Shown: positions 38,467 to 49,600, counted from the first letter of the stretch. The stretch: 64,000 nt of DNA from Planctomycetaceae bacterium (GCA_024642205.1 JAHEBQ010000032.1:1129-65128); one strand, 5' to 3'. Notes: generated by a model from the letters alone, not told the origin. Numbers and translations are program-made.

Positions 38467-40017
38467 TCATTTTTCCATGGCGGCGTAGTCATCCGGTTGG
38501 ATCCAGGTCAGATCTTTCCAGTAACCGGTGTCGTTGGATTGTCGCTCCCCGGGAGTCGAACGTCCGGAACATACGATTTTCGTAATTCTGGCTTCAAGTG
38601 AATTGGCCACGTCCGGTTGTTGATCGAACAGGTTTCGGGTCTCGGCGGGATCGGCCTGCAAATCGTAAAGCTCTCGCTGGCTTTTCTGGTGTGGAAGAAT
38701 CAACTTCCATTTGCCCTCGGTGACCGAAAACCGGCCCGCAGCCGAGTGGTTGATCAACGGGACACGCTGGTGTTGGTAATCTGGATCCAGCAATACCGAG
38801 GCAAAGCTCTGGCTGTCCTCGCCGGCCTCGGGTGGAAGTTCCACGCCAATCAGTTCAGCGAACGTGGCCAGCAAATCGACTTGGCCAACGAGCTCGTTAC
38901 AAGCCCGACCCGGGTTCTTGATTCCACCGGGCCAGCGGATGAAGAACGGGACGCGGTGGCCCCCTTCGTAGATGTCCCGTTTACCACCCCGGTACTGGCC
39001 GTTACTGTGGTGATCGAAATCGGTGATCCGTTGTTGCCAGGATTTTTCCGGACCGTTATCGCTGGTAAAAACGATCAGCGTGTTTTCGTCCAGACCGGAT
39101 GTCTGGAGAAACTCCAGGACGCGACCGACGTGGTGATCCGTTTCAATCACGAACTCCCCATACCCACCACAATCACCCTGTCCCCAGAACTCGGGAAGCG
39201 GGCAGACCGGGTAGTGCGGCGAGGTATAAGGCAGGTATAGAAAAAACGGCTTGCCGTTTCGCGCATCCGCAGTTTTCTCCTTCATCCACTGGATCGCCTT
39301 GTCGGTAAAACGGGTCAGGCACTGGTTGTCGATGAAGTCCGGCGCAACTTCCATTCCGAGCGTGCCCAGTTCCTGTTTCGTCGCCTGGGGGGTCGGTTGA
39401 TAGGGAGGCATGATGCGGTAATCGACATGTCGCTGGTTTGGTTTTTTGGCCGTATACAATGTCGGCGGGACTTTCGCAAACCGGCCTTCAAACCAGGCCA
39501 GCACGCCATAGTTCAACGAGGCCGGCACGCCAAAGAAATAGTCGAATCCCTTGTCCAGCGGCATGTCGGCAATCGGTTTCGTCCAATCGCGGGTTTTCCG
39601 GTCACCCGGAAAGTCCATCCCCAGATGCCACTTGCCGACCATCGCGGTCTGATAGCCGTTTGACTTGAGCAACGAAGCGAGCGTCATCCGTCGGTCCTTG
39701 ATCAGGCAGTCGCCTTCGGCACCCATCACGCCGGTTTTCCTGATCGTCCGCCAGCAGTAGCGCCCAGTCAACAAACCGTAACGGGACGGTGTGCATACGG
39801 TGTCACTGCAATGTCCGTTGGTAAAACAGATTCCCTCGGCCGCAACTCGATCGAGGTTCGGCGTTTTGAATTTCGCATCCGGATTGAGGCAACTCGTATC
39901 GCCATAGCCCTGGTCATCGGTGTAAATCACGATGATGTTTGGTTTTTCCGCGATTGCGTTTGCGGTTTGCGCCACCCATGCGAGGGCGAATACGAGGCTG
40001 AAAAACGTCTGTTTCAT
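38467..40017 (-). CDS. Arylsulfatase A-like sulfatase
   Basis: KPNIIVIYTDDQGYGD, DTVCTPSRYGLLTG, VGKWHLG, SPHYP, FTSDNG, GGKRDIYEGGHRVPF. Confidence 0.95.
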   Translation of the reverse strand: MKQTFFSLVFALAWVAQTANAIAEKPNIIVIYTDDQGYGDTSCLNPDAKFKTPNLDRVAAEGICFTNGHCSDTVCTPSRYGLLTGRYCWRTIRKTGVMGAEGDCLIKDRRMTLASLLKSNGYQTAMVGKWHLGMDFPGDRKTRDWTKPIADMPLDKGFDYFFGVPASLNYGVLAWFEGRFAKVPPTLYTAKKPNQRHVDYRIMPPYQPTPQATKQELGTLGMEVAPDFIDNQCLTRFTDKAIQWMKEKTADARNGKPFFLYLPYTSPHYPVCPLPEFWGQGDCGGYGEFVIETDHHVGRVLEFLQTSGLDENTLIVFTSDNGPEKSWQQRITDFDHHSNGQYRGGKRDIYEGGHRVPFFIRWPGGIKNPGRACNELVGQVDLLATFAELIGVELPPEAGEDSQSFASVLLDPDYQHQRVPLINHSAAGRFSVTEGKWKLILPHQKSQRELYDLQADPAETRNLFDQQPDVANSLEARITKIVCSGRSTPGERQSNDTGYWKDLTWIQPDDYAAMEK

Positions 40018-40096
40018 GGGAGGTCACTCTTGTTCCAGGTAGCGTTTGCACATCGCAAATCGATCCAGCAACAGGGTACACCATTTCCCGATGCCC

Positions 40097-40226
40097 GTGA
40101 GCCGCAGGTGTTCGACTGGTATTGTCGGCAATCAATTGCGGTTAACACTCACGAGCCGTCAACGTCCGAAGTTAGCGCCCCATGGCTCAACCCAATCCGG
40201 GCCCGAGCCTGACGCCGACGACTGAC
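40097..40226. repeat. Degenerate inverted REP doublet
   Basis: GTGAGCCGCAGGTGT at 40097 and GCCCGAGCCTGACGCCGACGACTGAC at 40201-40226 (22/26 identical to 43812-43837). Confidence 0.5.
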
Positions 40227-40249
40227 CTGGATTGCCGCGTTTACCCTGT

Positions 40250-43200
40250 TCAGAATATCTTGTCCTTGGCTTCGTCATCATCTGACAACAGCAAATCTAT
40301 CGCTGCTTTCAGCTTTTGTTCCAGATCGCCGGAACTGCCGACTTTCACAAACGCCACGTTGCCCTCTTGATCAATGATCACGGTTTGAGGAAGTGAATGA
40401 ACATCGAACTGTCGTCCGATTGCTCCCGAGTCCAGCGCGACCGGGATTTTCAAATTACGTGTTTCGAGAAACTCCGAAATCTGATCGGCGTCCTCTTCCT
40501 GATTCACTGCCAGAAATGCAACCTGGTCGGATGGATATTGAGCGATCGTCTGTTCAATTTTCGGCAAAGCCTGAACGCAGGGGCCGCACCAGGTCGCCCA
40601 AAAGTCCAGCACCACGACTTTTCCAAGCTGTGATTGCAGCGAAAACTCTTGACCACCGACCAGCGGAGCCGTAAACGATTTCGGCGTTGTTCCGATCAAC
40701 GGTGAACCGCTGCCAAACGCAAATCCGGATCCTCGGTCGCCATTGGCACCGGTTTCCATTTTCGGTGCCGGCGCCAGCCTGGCAACCCAATCCGAATAGG
40801 GAACATCCGTTGCCTGGCTGGCGAACCTGCCGAACCGAAGCTCGTAGATTTGGTCCATCGGAATTTGACACGTACCCAACGCGTTCGACTTGCCCGTCAG
40901 GTTTTCATCGGTCCACGACGCCAGTGCCAGCGTCATTCGGCGCCCACCTTGCATCAGCACCTGTGCCGTTTGCCCGACCGTTTCCTCGGACGGGTCGGAG
41001 AGTGTCTCGATTTTGACCACCTGCGCGGAATCCGCGGTCGTTTCGCCAGGTTCGTCTGGCGTGGAATCAACCGCGGGTTTCCCGGATTCACTGACGGCAT
41101 CTGCTTCGGTGTCGGCAAGGCCCTCGGCGTGCAACCAGACGATGCTCGTCACAATGTCTCGTGGGAAGCGTTGGACCTGGTGGTTGGCGCGAAACATCAC
41201 GTACTGATCGTCCATGGCAACCAATTCACCGCGAAGCATGTCCATGTTGGTGGCACATAGAATCTGCTTCGGTGGGGTTTTTTTCTTGAGTCGCGGGATC
41301 GTTAACAACAGTTCCTTCCGCTGTGGATCGACGAGGATGCCATTTCCCGAATCGGCAAAATTGAGCTTGAAACCGGAAAGCGTGCACTTGATGTTCTGCT
41401 GATACATGTCAGTAAGTTTGAACTGGACGCCTCGACCTCGATTCGAATTCGAGGGTACTTTTTCCGAGTAGGCATTCTTTCCGTTGACGGTGACAAAAAT
41501 ATTTCCTTCCTGAAATTTGAATGCGAACTTGGCTTTGTTGTTCCTGACCGGGATCATTCCATTGGCAGGATTGGCCTGACCCGGATTGCATACGAAGAGG
41601 TTTTCTCCATACAGCATGATATTGATCTTTTGGCCCCCTTCGGCAGACTCCGCGTCCGTGATCAGGGTCCGGCATTCCAGAACGCCGTAGCTGTTACTAT
41701 TCCAGGCTAGATCAAACTCAAAACCGCCGCTGGAGAACAGCCAGGGATGCCCGAATTCGCCGTTCTTGGATACTTCCATTTTCGTGCCAGCCACTTTGAC
41801 TTTGGCTTTGGAGGCCTCGAGAATGACCCACTCTCTGTCGCTGACCGTCACTTCTTCCCCAAGGGCGATGTTACGAAAGTCGATCGCCTTGACCCGATTC
41901 TGATCAATCTGTTTAATTTCGGTAAACGATTCAATGGTAACGGCACGTTCATCCATGCCGACAATGTGACAGGGGATCGTGTCCCGGTTGGTCAAATACA
42001 GGGTGTCGGCCCATTGATCTGCAACGGCGACGATCGCCTGTTTTTTCTGCAAAACGATCCGCGCGTCGCCGCGGGAAAGCGGAACTGCCGATTCGGCTCC
42101 CGCGACCCGCCATCGCAATATGTCGTCCTTGCCGCCGGTGCCTTTTTCCAGGCGACCCTGGATTTCACCCGCGTTATTGAACAGTCGGTTCGTAAATGAT
42201 TCAGCTCCCATGGCGCTGGATGCCGGTGTATCAAATCGGAGCCGAGTTGCGCCTGTGAGCTTGTACGTGATTGGCTCATTTGCCAATTCGGTCTTCATCG
42301 TGATCGAATCGCCTTCAATGGAAACAAACTCGCCACTGGCGTACATGCCGTCATGGAACTTCAACCTCGTTCGCCCTGCAGGCCGTTGCTTGACGCGGTT
42401 TATCAAGAATGCTCCACAGAACCGGTCAACGGCAACGGTCGTAGGTAATCCCGGTTTACCATCCCTGTCACCGTCCTGGTCTGGCGTTGAAATCACCCAC
42501 TGCGTTCCATCAAAGGACTGAACCGTTCCATTGATGGCAGCTTCGTCGAGCGTCTGGATCGAGGGTTCGGTTGCGTTGAATCCTGTGGCGGACCGCCGGA
42601 TCATCAATGAGGTCATTTTCAAATCTCCCGATTTGTTTTCGATGTAAATCCCGGGATCGATATTGGAAGAGGGCTTTCCCAGGTCCGCCATCGCCAGCCG
42701 CTTCCCTTGTTCGTCATGGATGACCAGTGTGTCAAGTTTGCGATCCCAGTGAATCAGGAACTTCATTCGTTTCGTATCACCATTGCTGGATTCCATCACG
42801 ATTTCAAAATCGTCGTTGAAACTCAGCACGATCGAATCGTCCCATGACTCCAGTCGCGGAAGCGATTCGATCTTGCGCGAATTGCGGGGCACTCCAAATC
42901 CAAACGTGAAATCCAGCTTCTTCTCCCATTCCAGTTCGACTTCGATCAAAGCGGAATCGGGCAGCTCGGTTTTCAGGAATAAATGAACATTGCTTCGCAG
43001 GCTTTCCAATTGCCCCAGTTCGTTAACCTTCCAATATTTTTTTTCGCTGCGATTGGCGTCCCATTTATCCAGATCAAACTCGCCATTGATCAAACTACCG
43101 GAGGTTTTCAGATTGAGAATGGATGCGACTTGAGCACGATCGACATCAATTACACCAAACCTGGGCGACGAGATACTCAATACGCGATCATCCAGTCTTG

Positions 43201-43582
43201 TAATTTCACCGAATAGGCTGAACCCATCGATCGTCTGAATCGAGTAAGTCTCGCTGGTCTTGCTCCACTGGGTCCCGGATTGGAACTGGATCTGGTCAAG
43301 GTAAGCCAGGTCCAGGTTGAGCGGATCTCGAAACAAGCTGGTCTGCCATTTCAAACGGGAACGAGTTCCCGAGACAACATGCCCGGGAAGCTTGTCACCA
43401 TTTTTCCAGGTCAGTTCGCCGTTGAAAGGATCATCCGGGACACGGGATTCCTGTGCGGCAGAACGGTTCGCCGCCAGGCAAACCAGGGCAAGAAAAAACA
43501 TGGCCTGGAACACCTGCCAGGGAAAGTGCCCGCATCGCAAGCGGGTCGAATTTGTCATCGATAAGATCCCGTTTCGTTTCAT
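40250..43582 (-). CDS. Large exported protein with repeated small beta-barrel modules and C-terminal TlpA/thioredoxin domain
   Basis: Signal/TM N-terminus; about 8 copies of a LxxxNGDxLxGxLxxxD...IPxxxIxxIxF-type module; C-terminal GKVVVLDFWATWCGPC...PQTVIIDQEG. Confidence 0.88.
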   Translation of the reverse strand: MKRNGILSMTNSTRLRCGHFPWQVFQAMFFLALVCLAANRSAAQESRVPDDPFNGELTWKNGDKLPGHVVSGTRSRLKWQTSLFRDPLNLDLAYLDQIQFQSGTQWSKTSETYSIQTIDGFSLFGEITRLDDRVLSISSPRFGVIDVDRAQVASILNLKTSGSLINGEFDLDKWDANRSEKKYWKVNELGQLESLRSNVHLFLKTELPDSALIEVELEWEKKLDFTFGFGVPRNSRKIESLPRLESWDDSIVLSFNDDFEIVMESSNGDTKRMKFLIHWDRKLDTLVIHDEQGKRLAMADLGKPSSNIDPGIYIENKSGDLKMTSLMIRRSATGFNATEPSIQTLDEAAINGTVQSFDGTQWVISTPDQDGDRDGKPGLPTTVAVDRFCGAFLINRVKQRPAGRTRLKFHDGMYASGEFVSIEGDSITMKTELANEPITYKLTGATRLRFDTPASSAMGAESFTNRLFNNAGEIQGRLEKGTGGKDDILRWRVAGAESAVPLSRGDARIVLQKKQAIVAVADQWADTLYLTNRDTIPCHIVGMDERAVTIESFTEIKQIDQNRVKAIDFRNIALGEEVTVSDREWVILEASKAKVKVAGTKMEVSKNGEFGHPWLFSSGGFEFDLAWNSNSYGVLECRTLITDAESAEGGQKINIMLYGENLFVCNPGQANPANGMIPVRNNKAKFAFKFQEGNIFVTVNGKNAYSEKVPSNSNRGRGVQFKLTDMYQQNIKCTLSGFKLNFADSGNGILVDPQRKELLLTIPRLKKKTPPKQILCATNMDMLRGELVAMDDQYVMFRANHQVQRFPRDIVTSIVWLHAEGLADTEADAVSESGKPAVDSTPDEPGETTADSAQVVKIETLSDPSEETVGQTAQVLMQGGRRMTLALASWTDENLTGKSNALGTCQIPMDQIYELRFGRFASQATDVPYSDWVARLAPAPKMETGANGDRGSGFAFGSGSPLIGTTPKSFTAPLVGGQEFSLQSQLGKVVVLDFWATWCGPCVQALPKIEQTIAQYPSDQVAFLAVNQEEDADQISEFLETRNLKIPVALDSGAIGRQFDVHSLPQTVIIDQEGNVAFVKVGSSGDLEQKLKAAIDLLLSDDDEAKDKIF

Positions 43583-43817
43583 TACCGCCCCGGTTTTTGT
43601 CCTGTTTTCGATTATCGTTCAACCCGACACTTCAGCTGCATTGACCGGTGGTCAAATGGACCACCGCAAGCCACTGTCGCGAGTAATCCAAACACAATCA
43701 CTGTTTCTGCCAATGGTGTTCTCCCGAAGCGAACCTGGACCGCTGTCTGTTTCATCAGGCTGCGAAAATATTGATATCCGTTTTCGAGATTGTGAAATCT
43801 GTTCCTCCACCGCCCGA

Positions 43818-43837
43818 GGCTGACGCCGGCGGCTCAC
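43818..43837. repeat. REP 20-mer GGCTGACGCCGGCGGCTCAC
   Basis: 19/20 identical to 19766-19785; reverse-complement copy CTGAGCCGTCGGCGTAAGCC at 50333-50352. Confidence 0.75.
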
Positions 43838-43859
43838 GGTGGTTTGCGGCAGATTCCTG

Positions 43860-44930
43860 TCATCGCTCATAAATCGGCAGGAATCGGTAATTCAGCGCCA
43901 TCGCTAACAGCGACATGCTCGTCGAATACGCCGGCCCATGGTCGCTGTTCCCGATCTGACCGTCTTCCGATTGCAGATTGCGTAACTCTTGAATCGTATT
44001 CTGATTCCACTGCTGCCACGATTCATAGTCGGCTTGAAACAGCGCCTGGGCTTTATAATACCGTTCATAGTACGGCCAGCTCTGGTTGGCACTGAGGTCG
44101 AGGTGGTCAGCCAGGTATTTCCGGGTCCCCTCCAGTTCGCCCCAGGACTTGCGTTTCCCAATCGAAAACACCAGGCAGGCAATCGAAGTTCTTGCGCCTG
44201 ACTCGCCCAACCCACCAAGCCCACTGTATCCGACCTCGCCCGATTCGGCAGAAGTCATGGACTTCATGTAGTCGAGCGCGTCGTCAATGGTCTTGTCCGG
44301 AACGTCGATCCCGGCGTTACGAGCCGCCAGCAGTCCCATCAGGACCGCGCCCACCACCGACGTATCTGCCGAACCGTCGTTCGGCGAATATCGCCAGCCC
44401 TTGCTGGGGTTTTTTTTCTGTGACGACACAGCCAGTCGAACGGCCAGTTCCAGGGCCTCGCCAATCGATCGTTGTGCCTCCGATTTTTCTTCACCCGACC
44501 AGAGCATTTCCTCGTCGACGGCTCCATAGGCCTCGGACAAAGCCAACATTGCAAATCCGTGCACGTACATGTTGCCGGGAATATACCCCGTTTGCGCTTT
44601 TTGATTGCGGATGATATAGCGAATCGCGGCTCGCACATTCCGGGCGTAACGACCAAAGTTCGGATCTTCGCCGGTCGACAGAAACGCCATCGTCGCCAAC
44701 GCACAGATTCCACACGCTTCGTCGCCATGAAATTGCTGACCGGCTCCCCAACTCCCATCGGTGCGCTGCGATTTGGCAAGATACTCCGCTCCCTTGAGGT
44801 AAATCGTACTGACTCCCGCAGGAATCCCCGTCCCTTCATGAAGCTCCAGTTGTTCAAGCTGCCCATGGCCAGCCTGGGGGACAAGCCAAAGGACAAGCGA
44901 AGCAAAAACAGTGGGCAGGATTGGTTTCAT
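43860..44930 (-). CDS. Prenyltransferase/squalene-oxidase (PFTB) repeat protein, secreted
   Basis: Signal peptide from ATG 44930; YLAKSQRTDGSW, GNMYVHGFAMLALSEAYG, KGWRYSP, DTSVVGAVLMGLLAARNAG, YYKAQALFQ, QSEDG, FLPIYER. Confidence 0.9.
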   Translation of the reverse strand: MKPILPTVFASLVLWLVPQAGHGQLEQLELHEGTGIPAGVSTIYLKGAEYLAKSQRTDGSWGAGQQFHGDEACGICALATMAFLSTGEDPNFGRYARNVRAAIRYIIRNQKAQTGYIPGNMYVHGFAMLALSEAYGAVDEEMLWSGEEKSEAQRSIGEALELAVRLAVSSQKKNPSKGWRYSPNDGSADTSVVGAVLMGLLAARNAGIDVPDKTIDDALDYMKSMTSAESGEVGYSGLGGLGESGARTSIACLVFSIGKRKSWGELEGTRKYLADHLDLSANQSWPYYERYYKAQALFQADYESWQQWNQNTIQELRNLQSEDGQIGNSDHGPAYSTSMSLLAMALNYRFLPIYER

Positions 44931-45018
44931 GGAAGTCGGAGTTTGCGTGGTCGGAGCTTGCGTGGTCGGTGTTCGGAGTCGGAATGGACCGGGTTTGGTT
45001 CGATCCTCGGACCATTGG

Positions 45019-46056
45019 CTATTTTGCGTAGATATTGAGCAACGCTTTGACCGACCTGGCGATGGTTTCGAGCGCTCGGTCAATCAGCAACAGGAGGTTA
45101 CTTTCCTCGATCGCCACGCCTCCTCGAACAGCGACCCCTTCGTCTTCCATCCCCATCATTTGACCAATTTCTTTCGAGGGCGCGATGAAAATTTTCCATT
45201 TTTGCAATTGCGCAGGCGAAAGGACTTCCTTCAATTTCTTCGAATCTGCCTGGGAAGCGTAATAATACAGCACGAACGGTTCGTAAAACGTGAAACAGGA
45301 AATTTCCGCTTTCTCCATCGGCGGCCGGATGATTTCCGCCAGTTTGATCCGTTGCTCGCCAGTCAGTCCAAGTTCAATGGTCAGCGAACCCATCGCCGAA
45401 TCGATCAACGCGTTTCGCTTGGCGGCTTTGCGATCCTGTCTATACTCTCGGAATTTCTCCAACTGGGCGTCGGTCAAGACATTGCGAAGGGTTGATTGCC
45501 AAAACCGGTGATCCAGCGGATCGTCGAATTTGAACGGATTTCCCATTCCATTCATCATGATCATCTGCAGCGTGTTCTGATCGATCTCGTCCGCGTCGTT
45601 GATCTGGATTTCTTCCTCTTCCGCTGTATCTGATTCGTCATCGACCTGTCCACCCTGCTGGACAAGCCCCCTCTGTTGGCTCGTCTGCTTGTTCCATTCA
45701 GCCGTCAATTTCTTGACAGCGCCTTTGGCACCGATCCGCAGTTTGGTGATCTGTTTTTTGTCCAGCTTGCAAATGTTTTGAATCTCTTCGACTTCCACCA
45801 GGAAAATCTGGGTCAATTGAAATCGCTTGGCCGCCATCATCCGGCGGGCTTCCATGCCGGGGAGGCCGACAACTTGCACCGCCATAACGGCTTCTGCCTC
45901 CTCGACGACCTCGTCCTGAATTTCCGAGGCGACGCCCGGTTCGACGTCTTGCGCCAATGAGAATATTGGCATCCCTGAGCCGCTTACCGCGGCGAACAAG
46001 CAGATCAAGGTCGAGAAACCGGTTCGTCGGGTAATGTCTTGAATTAAGAACGACAT
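45019..46056 (-). CDS. Secreted acidic/helical hypothetical protein with LTXXQ-like motifs
   Basis: AAAGGA RBS; signal-like N-terminus; LDKKQITKL, VLTDAQLEKF, LGLTGEQRIKL, VLSPAQLQKW. Confidence 0.75.
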   Translation of the reverse strand: MSFLIQDITRRTGFSTLICLFAAVSGSGMPIFSLAQDVEPGVASEIQDEVVEEAEAVMAVQVVGLPGMEARRMMAAKRFQLTQIFLVEVEEIQNICKLDKKQITKLRIGAKGAVKKLTAEWNKQTSQQRGLVQQGGQVDDESDTAEEEEIQINDADEIDQNTLQMIMMNGMGNPFKFDDPLDHRFWQSTLRNVLTDAQLEKFREYRQDRKAAKRNALIDSAMGSLTIELGLTGEQRIKLAEIIRPPMEKAEISCFTFYEPFVLYYYASQADSKKLKEVLSPAQLQKWKIFIAPSKEIGQMMGMEDEGVAVRGGVAIEESNLLLLIDRALETIARSVKALLNIYAK

Positions 46057-46265
46057 CCGTTTTCCTTTGTGGCGTGATTCGTAGTGTTCTGTCTCAGCCA
46101 GGAATACAGGTCGGTCGTCGTGGACGAGGCTACGAGTCCTGGCGTTTGCTTGATCAAAAGGTCTTACGACCTCATCCACAACCCAAAAATCAAATCTTGT
46201 CGCGTCAAGAGACGTAAGCCGCGTGCGCTATTCTCTTGAGCCTGGTGATTTTGGAAGCGACTCTC

Positions 46266-46623
46266 GTGAGCCTCAGGGGCCCATGGTGCTTACTTTAGCC
46301 ACGGATGGGCCGATGGCAATGTGCCCATGGCGTCAGCCCTTGATTTTCGGCACAGAAACGACCAGCTCAAAATATACCTCGTTTTGTCGCGCCTTGCATG
46401 CGTGGCTCTTTCGGTTTCGGACACCGTTTCGTGATCCCTTGGAGGATCAACAGGGAACAATCATGTGGCATTGCTTTCCGAGAAATAGCGCACATTCACG
46501 CAGTCAAGGGCCACAGACCCGTCATGCCCCGCCAAGTTGATTGGCTGTCCAGAAGATGTTTTTGATCCATCGATCCGAAAACCGGGCTGAAGCAATATTG
46601 ACGGGTTGGTGTTATAGACTCGC
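46266..46623 (-). mobile_element. REPIN/MITE-like element, copy B (reverse orientation, truncated)
   Basis: Reverse complement aligns with copies A and C; 50-nt hairpin variant at 46465-46514; REP end GTGAGCC at 46266; stops 13 nt from the stop codon at 46637. Confidence 0.75.
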
Positions 46624-46636
46624 GGCTTGACGACGG

Positions 46637-49600
46637 TTACTTGCTCGGCTCCTGCTCGACGTTTCCTTCCAACGCTTCGAAATAGCGATCCAAACCGGTG
46701 CGGAACTCTTCGGGGAGCTCGCGGCCCGATTTGCCGGTTGCCTGATTCGTTTCGCGCTCGACAACATTGGCCTGTTTTTCTTGCGAATCACCCAGCAGTG
46801 CCAATGCCGACGCTGTGTAATTGGCACCCGATCGACTGCCGCCGCCCGGATCCGATCCTCCACCGCCGCTACCACTGCCGGCTCGTTTGGCCCTCAGCAG
46901 CCACTCGATCGCGTCGGTCTCGGCAGCAATTGCAGGTGCCCCGGTGTCGAAGCCCGCCAGGATTTCTTCGGCGTCATCCATCGCTTTGGCGGCGTTGGTC
47001 AACTGCGCGATCTCTTTGGCAAATTTCTGTTCGCCTTCAGGCAGTTCGTAAATTTTCTCAATCACCTCTGTCGTACGATTGGCCAGCTCTGCCTGGGTAA
47101 TCGAAAGTTCATCTGCCGAAGCATTGAACTTTTCATTTTTCATTTGGGATCTGGCTTGTTCCAAGCCGCGGGTTTCTTCCCGCAACGAAATCTCTGCGGT
47201 CAAGATTTTCATCACTTCCAACACCAGCGAGGGTGGCAAACTGCCACCTTTTGAGCCCGGTCACGAGCCCCCCTTTCAGCCAGGGCCGACCAGCTGTTCC
47301 GCCCAGCGGTCAAGAGTATCGGCCAGGAATTCCGAATGGGCAATCGACGTTCCCGGTTCGTTTGCGACCATCCGATCAGCCACCACGTTGACTTGCTTGA
47401 CCACCTCGATCTCACGCATTTCGGCGAGCACTGTTTTGAATTTTCCTTCCTGGATACGGTTGGAATACGCCTCCAGGTCGTCTTCGATATGCTGCAACGT
47501 CTGGCCGTGCGCCTTTTGCCGATCAGCCAACAGACTCATGCGTTCCACGGTCGCAGCTTTCAGTTCCGAGTGACGGGCACCAAAACCGGTCAACGTCGAC
47601 TGGTTGACGTCATTGGCGATCACGAGCTCGCGTCGCGACATCGCTTTGAGCCGTTTGACAAACGTGCTTCCTTCGAGATTGGCGATCAACTTTTGAAGTT
47701 CTTCGGCAACTTTCTGGAATTCCGCCAACAACGCTTCCTGCGACTCGATGGCCTGGTCCATCTGCTGGCCCGCCGGGCACGAACCGCCCCCCTGTCCCGG
47801 TGAGTTGTCCGCCAACACCACAGCCGGCAACGTGAATTTTGAGGCCTTGGGGGCTGAAGGTTCGGCAGCTTCGTCGCCCGGCTGTTTGTCGTCTGGTTGA
47901 TCCATCGATGATTCCTTCATCGAGATCGAAGGGGGTTTTTCATTTTCGTCCGGTCCGTTGGCACCCGGTTTCGACTTCGGCGGCTGCTGGCCGGGGATCG
48001 AGGGGTTATCGGAGACCGATTTGGACGGCGATCGGGAATTTTGTTCCGCAGGGCCAGCCGACGCCGCGGCCTCGGAGGCCTTCTTCAGGAGGTCGGACAC
48101 CGAGGGCATCCGGTTCTCATGGATATCGTTCAAACTCTGGATCATCTCAGCCAGTTTTTCCAGATGGTCGACGCCGAAATTCTCGTTGCGAGCCGCTTCC
48201 TTGATCAGTTGTTCTCCCGCATCGGTCAGCGCACTGAGACGGCGAGCCTGGGCACGTTCCGCCGCGGCTTGAGATTCAATTTTGCGACGCGTCTCCGGGC
48301 GATCCAATTCGTCGGGTGGCAAGTTCCGCAGTTCAACGTTCTGTTTGTACAGCTGCTGCTCCTGCTCGTAAGTTTCGAGCGATTGCTTGAACCAATCGTT
48401 CAGCCGCCGCGTCATCCAGATCGCATGCTCGTCTTCACTCAGAACGTAGACAGTGTATGGCTGCGAATAGACCCGCTCGCGATCCGGGAGGTAGTCTTCG
48501 GCGAACAATCTCAGTTGAATGGTTTGCGGTGCGATTTTTTCGCGCTGCGGAGAAAACGTGGCAGTGATCGCGTTGACCTCCGTGGCTTCCGGGTTTCCGG
48601 CATATACGATTTTGTCACCCTGGGCCGGTTCATCGGCGGATGTTGCTGCCGGTTTGCCCGTCCATTCCATTCCAATTGTTTTCACACCGTAATCGTCTGA
48701 TGCCTCAACTTCGAATGACAGTACATCGTTGACCATCACCACGCGTTGTTGTTCCAGCTCGCGACAGACCAGCGATGGGGCCTCATCTTCGGCCGACCGA
48801 ATTTTGAGTTTCAACGGTGACTTGGCGGTCAAACCCAGTGCATCCCGCCAGGCGAGCTCCAGCGTCCTGGTTTCCGACAACAGAACCGGGTTGGTCACGA
48901 TCGTTTCGCCACTGACGTTCACCGATTCCCCATCGACGGTCGCGGACGTCAGCGTCCGCGTCGCGGTCGCTTCAATCGCGATTTTGCTGCCGCCGACGAC
49001 CGACATCCCGCCTCCGCGAAGCTCGCGCCGAACCGGTGTCGTCCGTTGCAGGTAATCGGGCAGCGTGATCAATGCTGCCAGGGATGCGAGTTCTGGTCGC
49101 GGCTGAGGATCGATCTGAACGTTCTCCAGCACATCGCCGATTCGCAGTTTGACCTGGGCTGGCGATTTGAACGGGGGTAAGTCAAATTTGTAATGGCGGT
49201 CGTTGAGTTTCGAATCAACTCGGTGGCTTCCAATCCAGGCTGACCCTGAATCGGGATTCCATCGGGACGATTCGGTGAGTTTTGCGTCAAGCTCGATTTG
49301 TTCGGCCAGCGGAACAATCATTTTCTCCGGCAGTGTGTCGACTTGCGTAAACGTATACCGGTCAATGCTCTTCCAGGGCATGATCCAGCGCTGCAGCGCA
49401 TTGGATCCGGCAGCGGGAACTACCAACAGGGCCGCGGCAGATAGTGCCAATGGCACGCCCGCGATCAAGGCCCATCGACGATGGCGCGGGTGCGGGACAT
49501 CATGGAGGAAGTCCTTGTCTGCGGTTTCACGATCGGCTTGGGCGAGCGCCGCCCGGCACAGGGATTCGCTACTGCCATCCAGGTTCTGGGTATTGACCAG

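Noticed and set aside
40250-40660. Sec codon in the TlpA active site
   Set aside because: Motif is ordinary WCGPC with Cys codons; all other TGA-terminated genes checked end at plausible natural C-termini
44935-44970. 15-nt tandem repeat GTCGGAGYTTGCGTG upstream of the PFTB gene
   Set aside because: Only two copies plus a fragment; too short to assign a role
46637-47239. Independent 200-aa gene starting at TTG 47239
   Set aside because: Start lies inside the SECIS-like stem, it is in frame with the upstream ORF, and begins mid-domain (SLPPSLVLEV); better explained as the C-terminus of one protein, though not excluded
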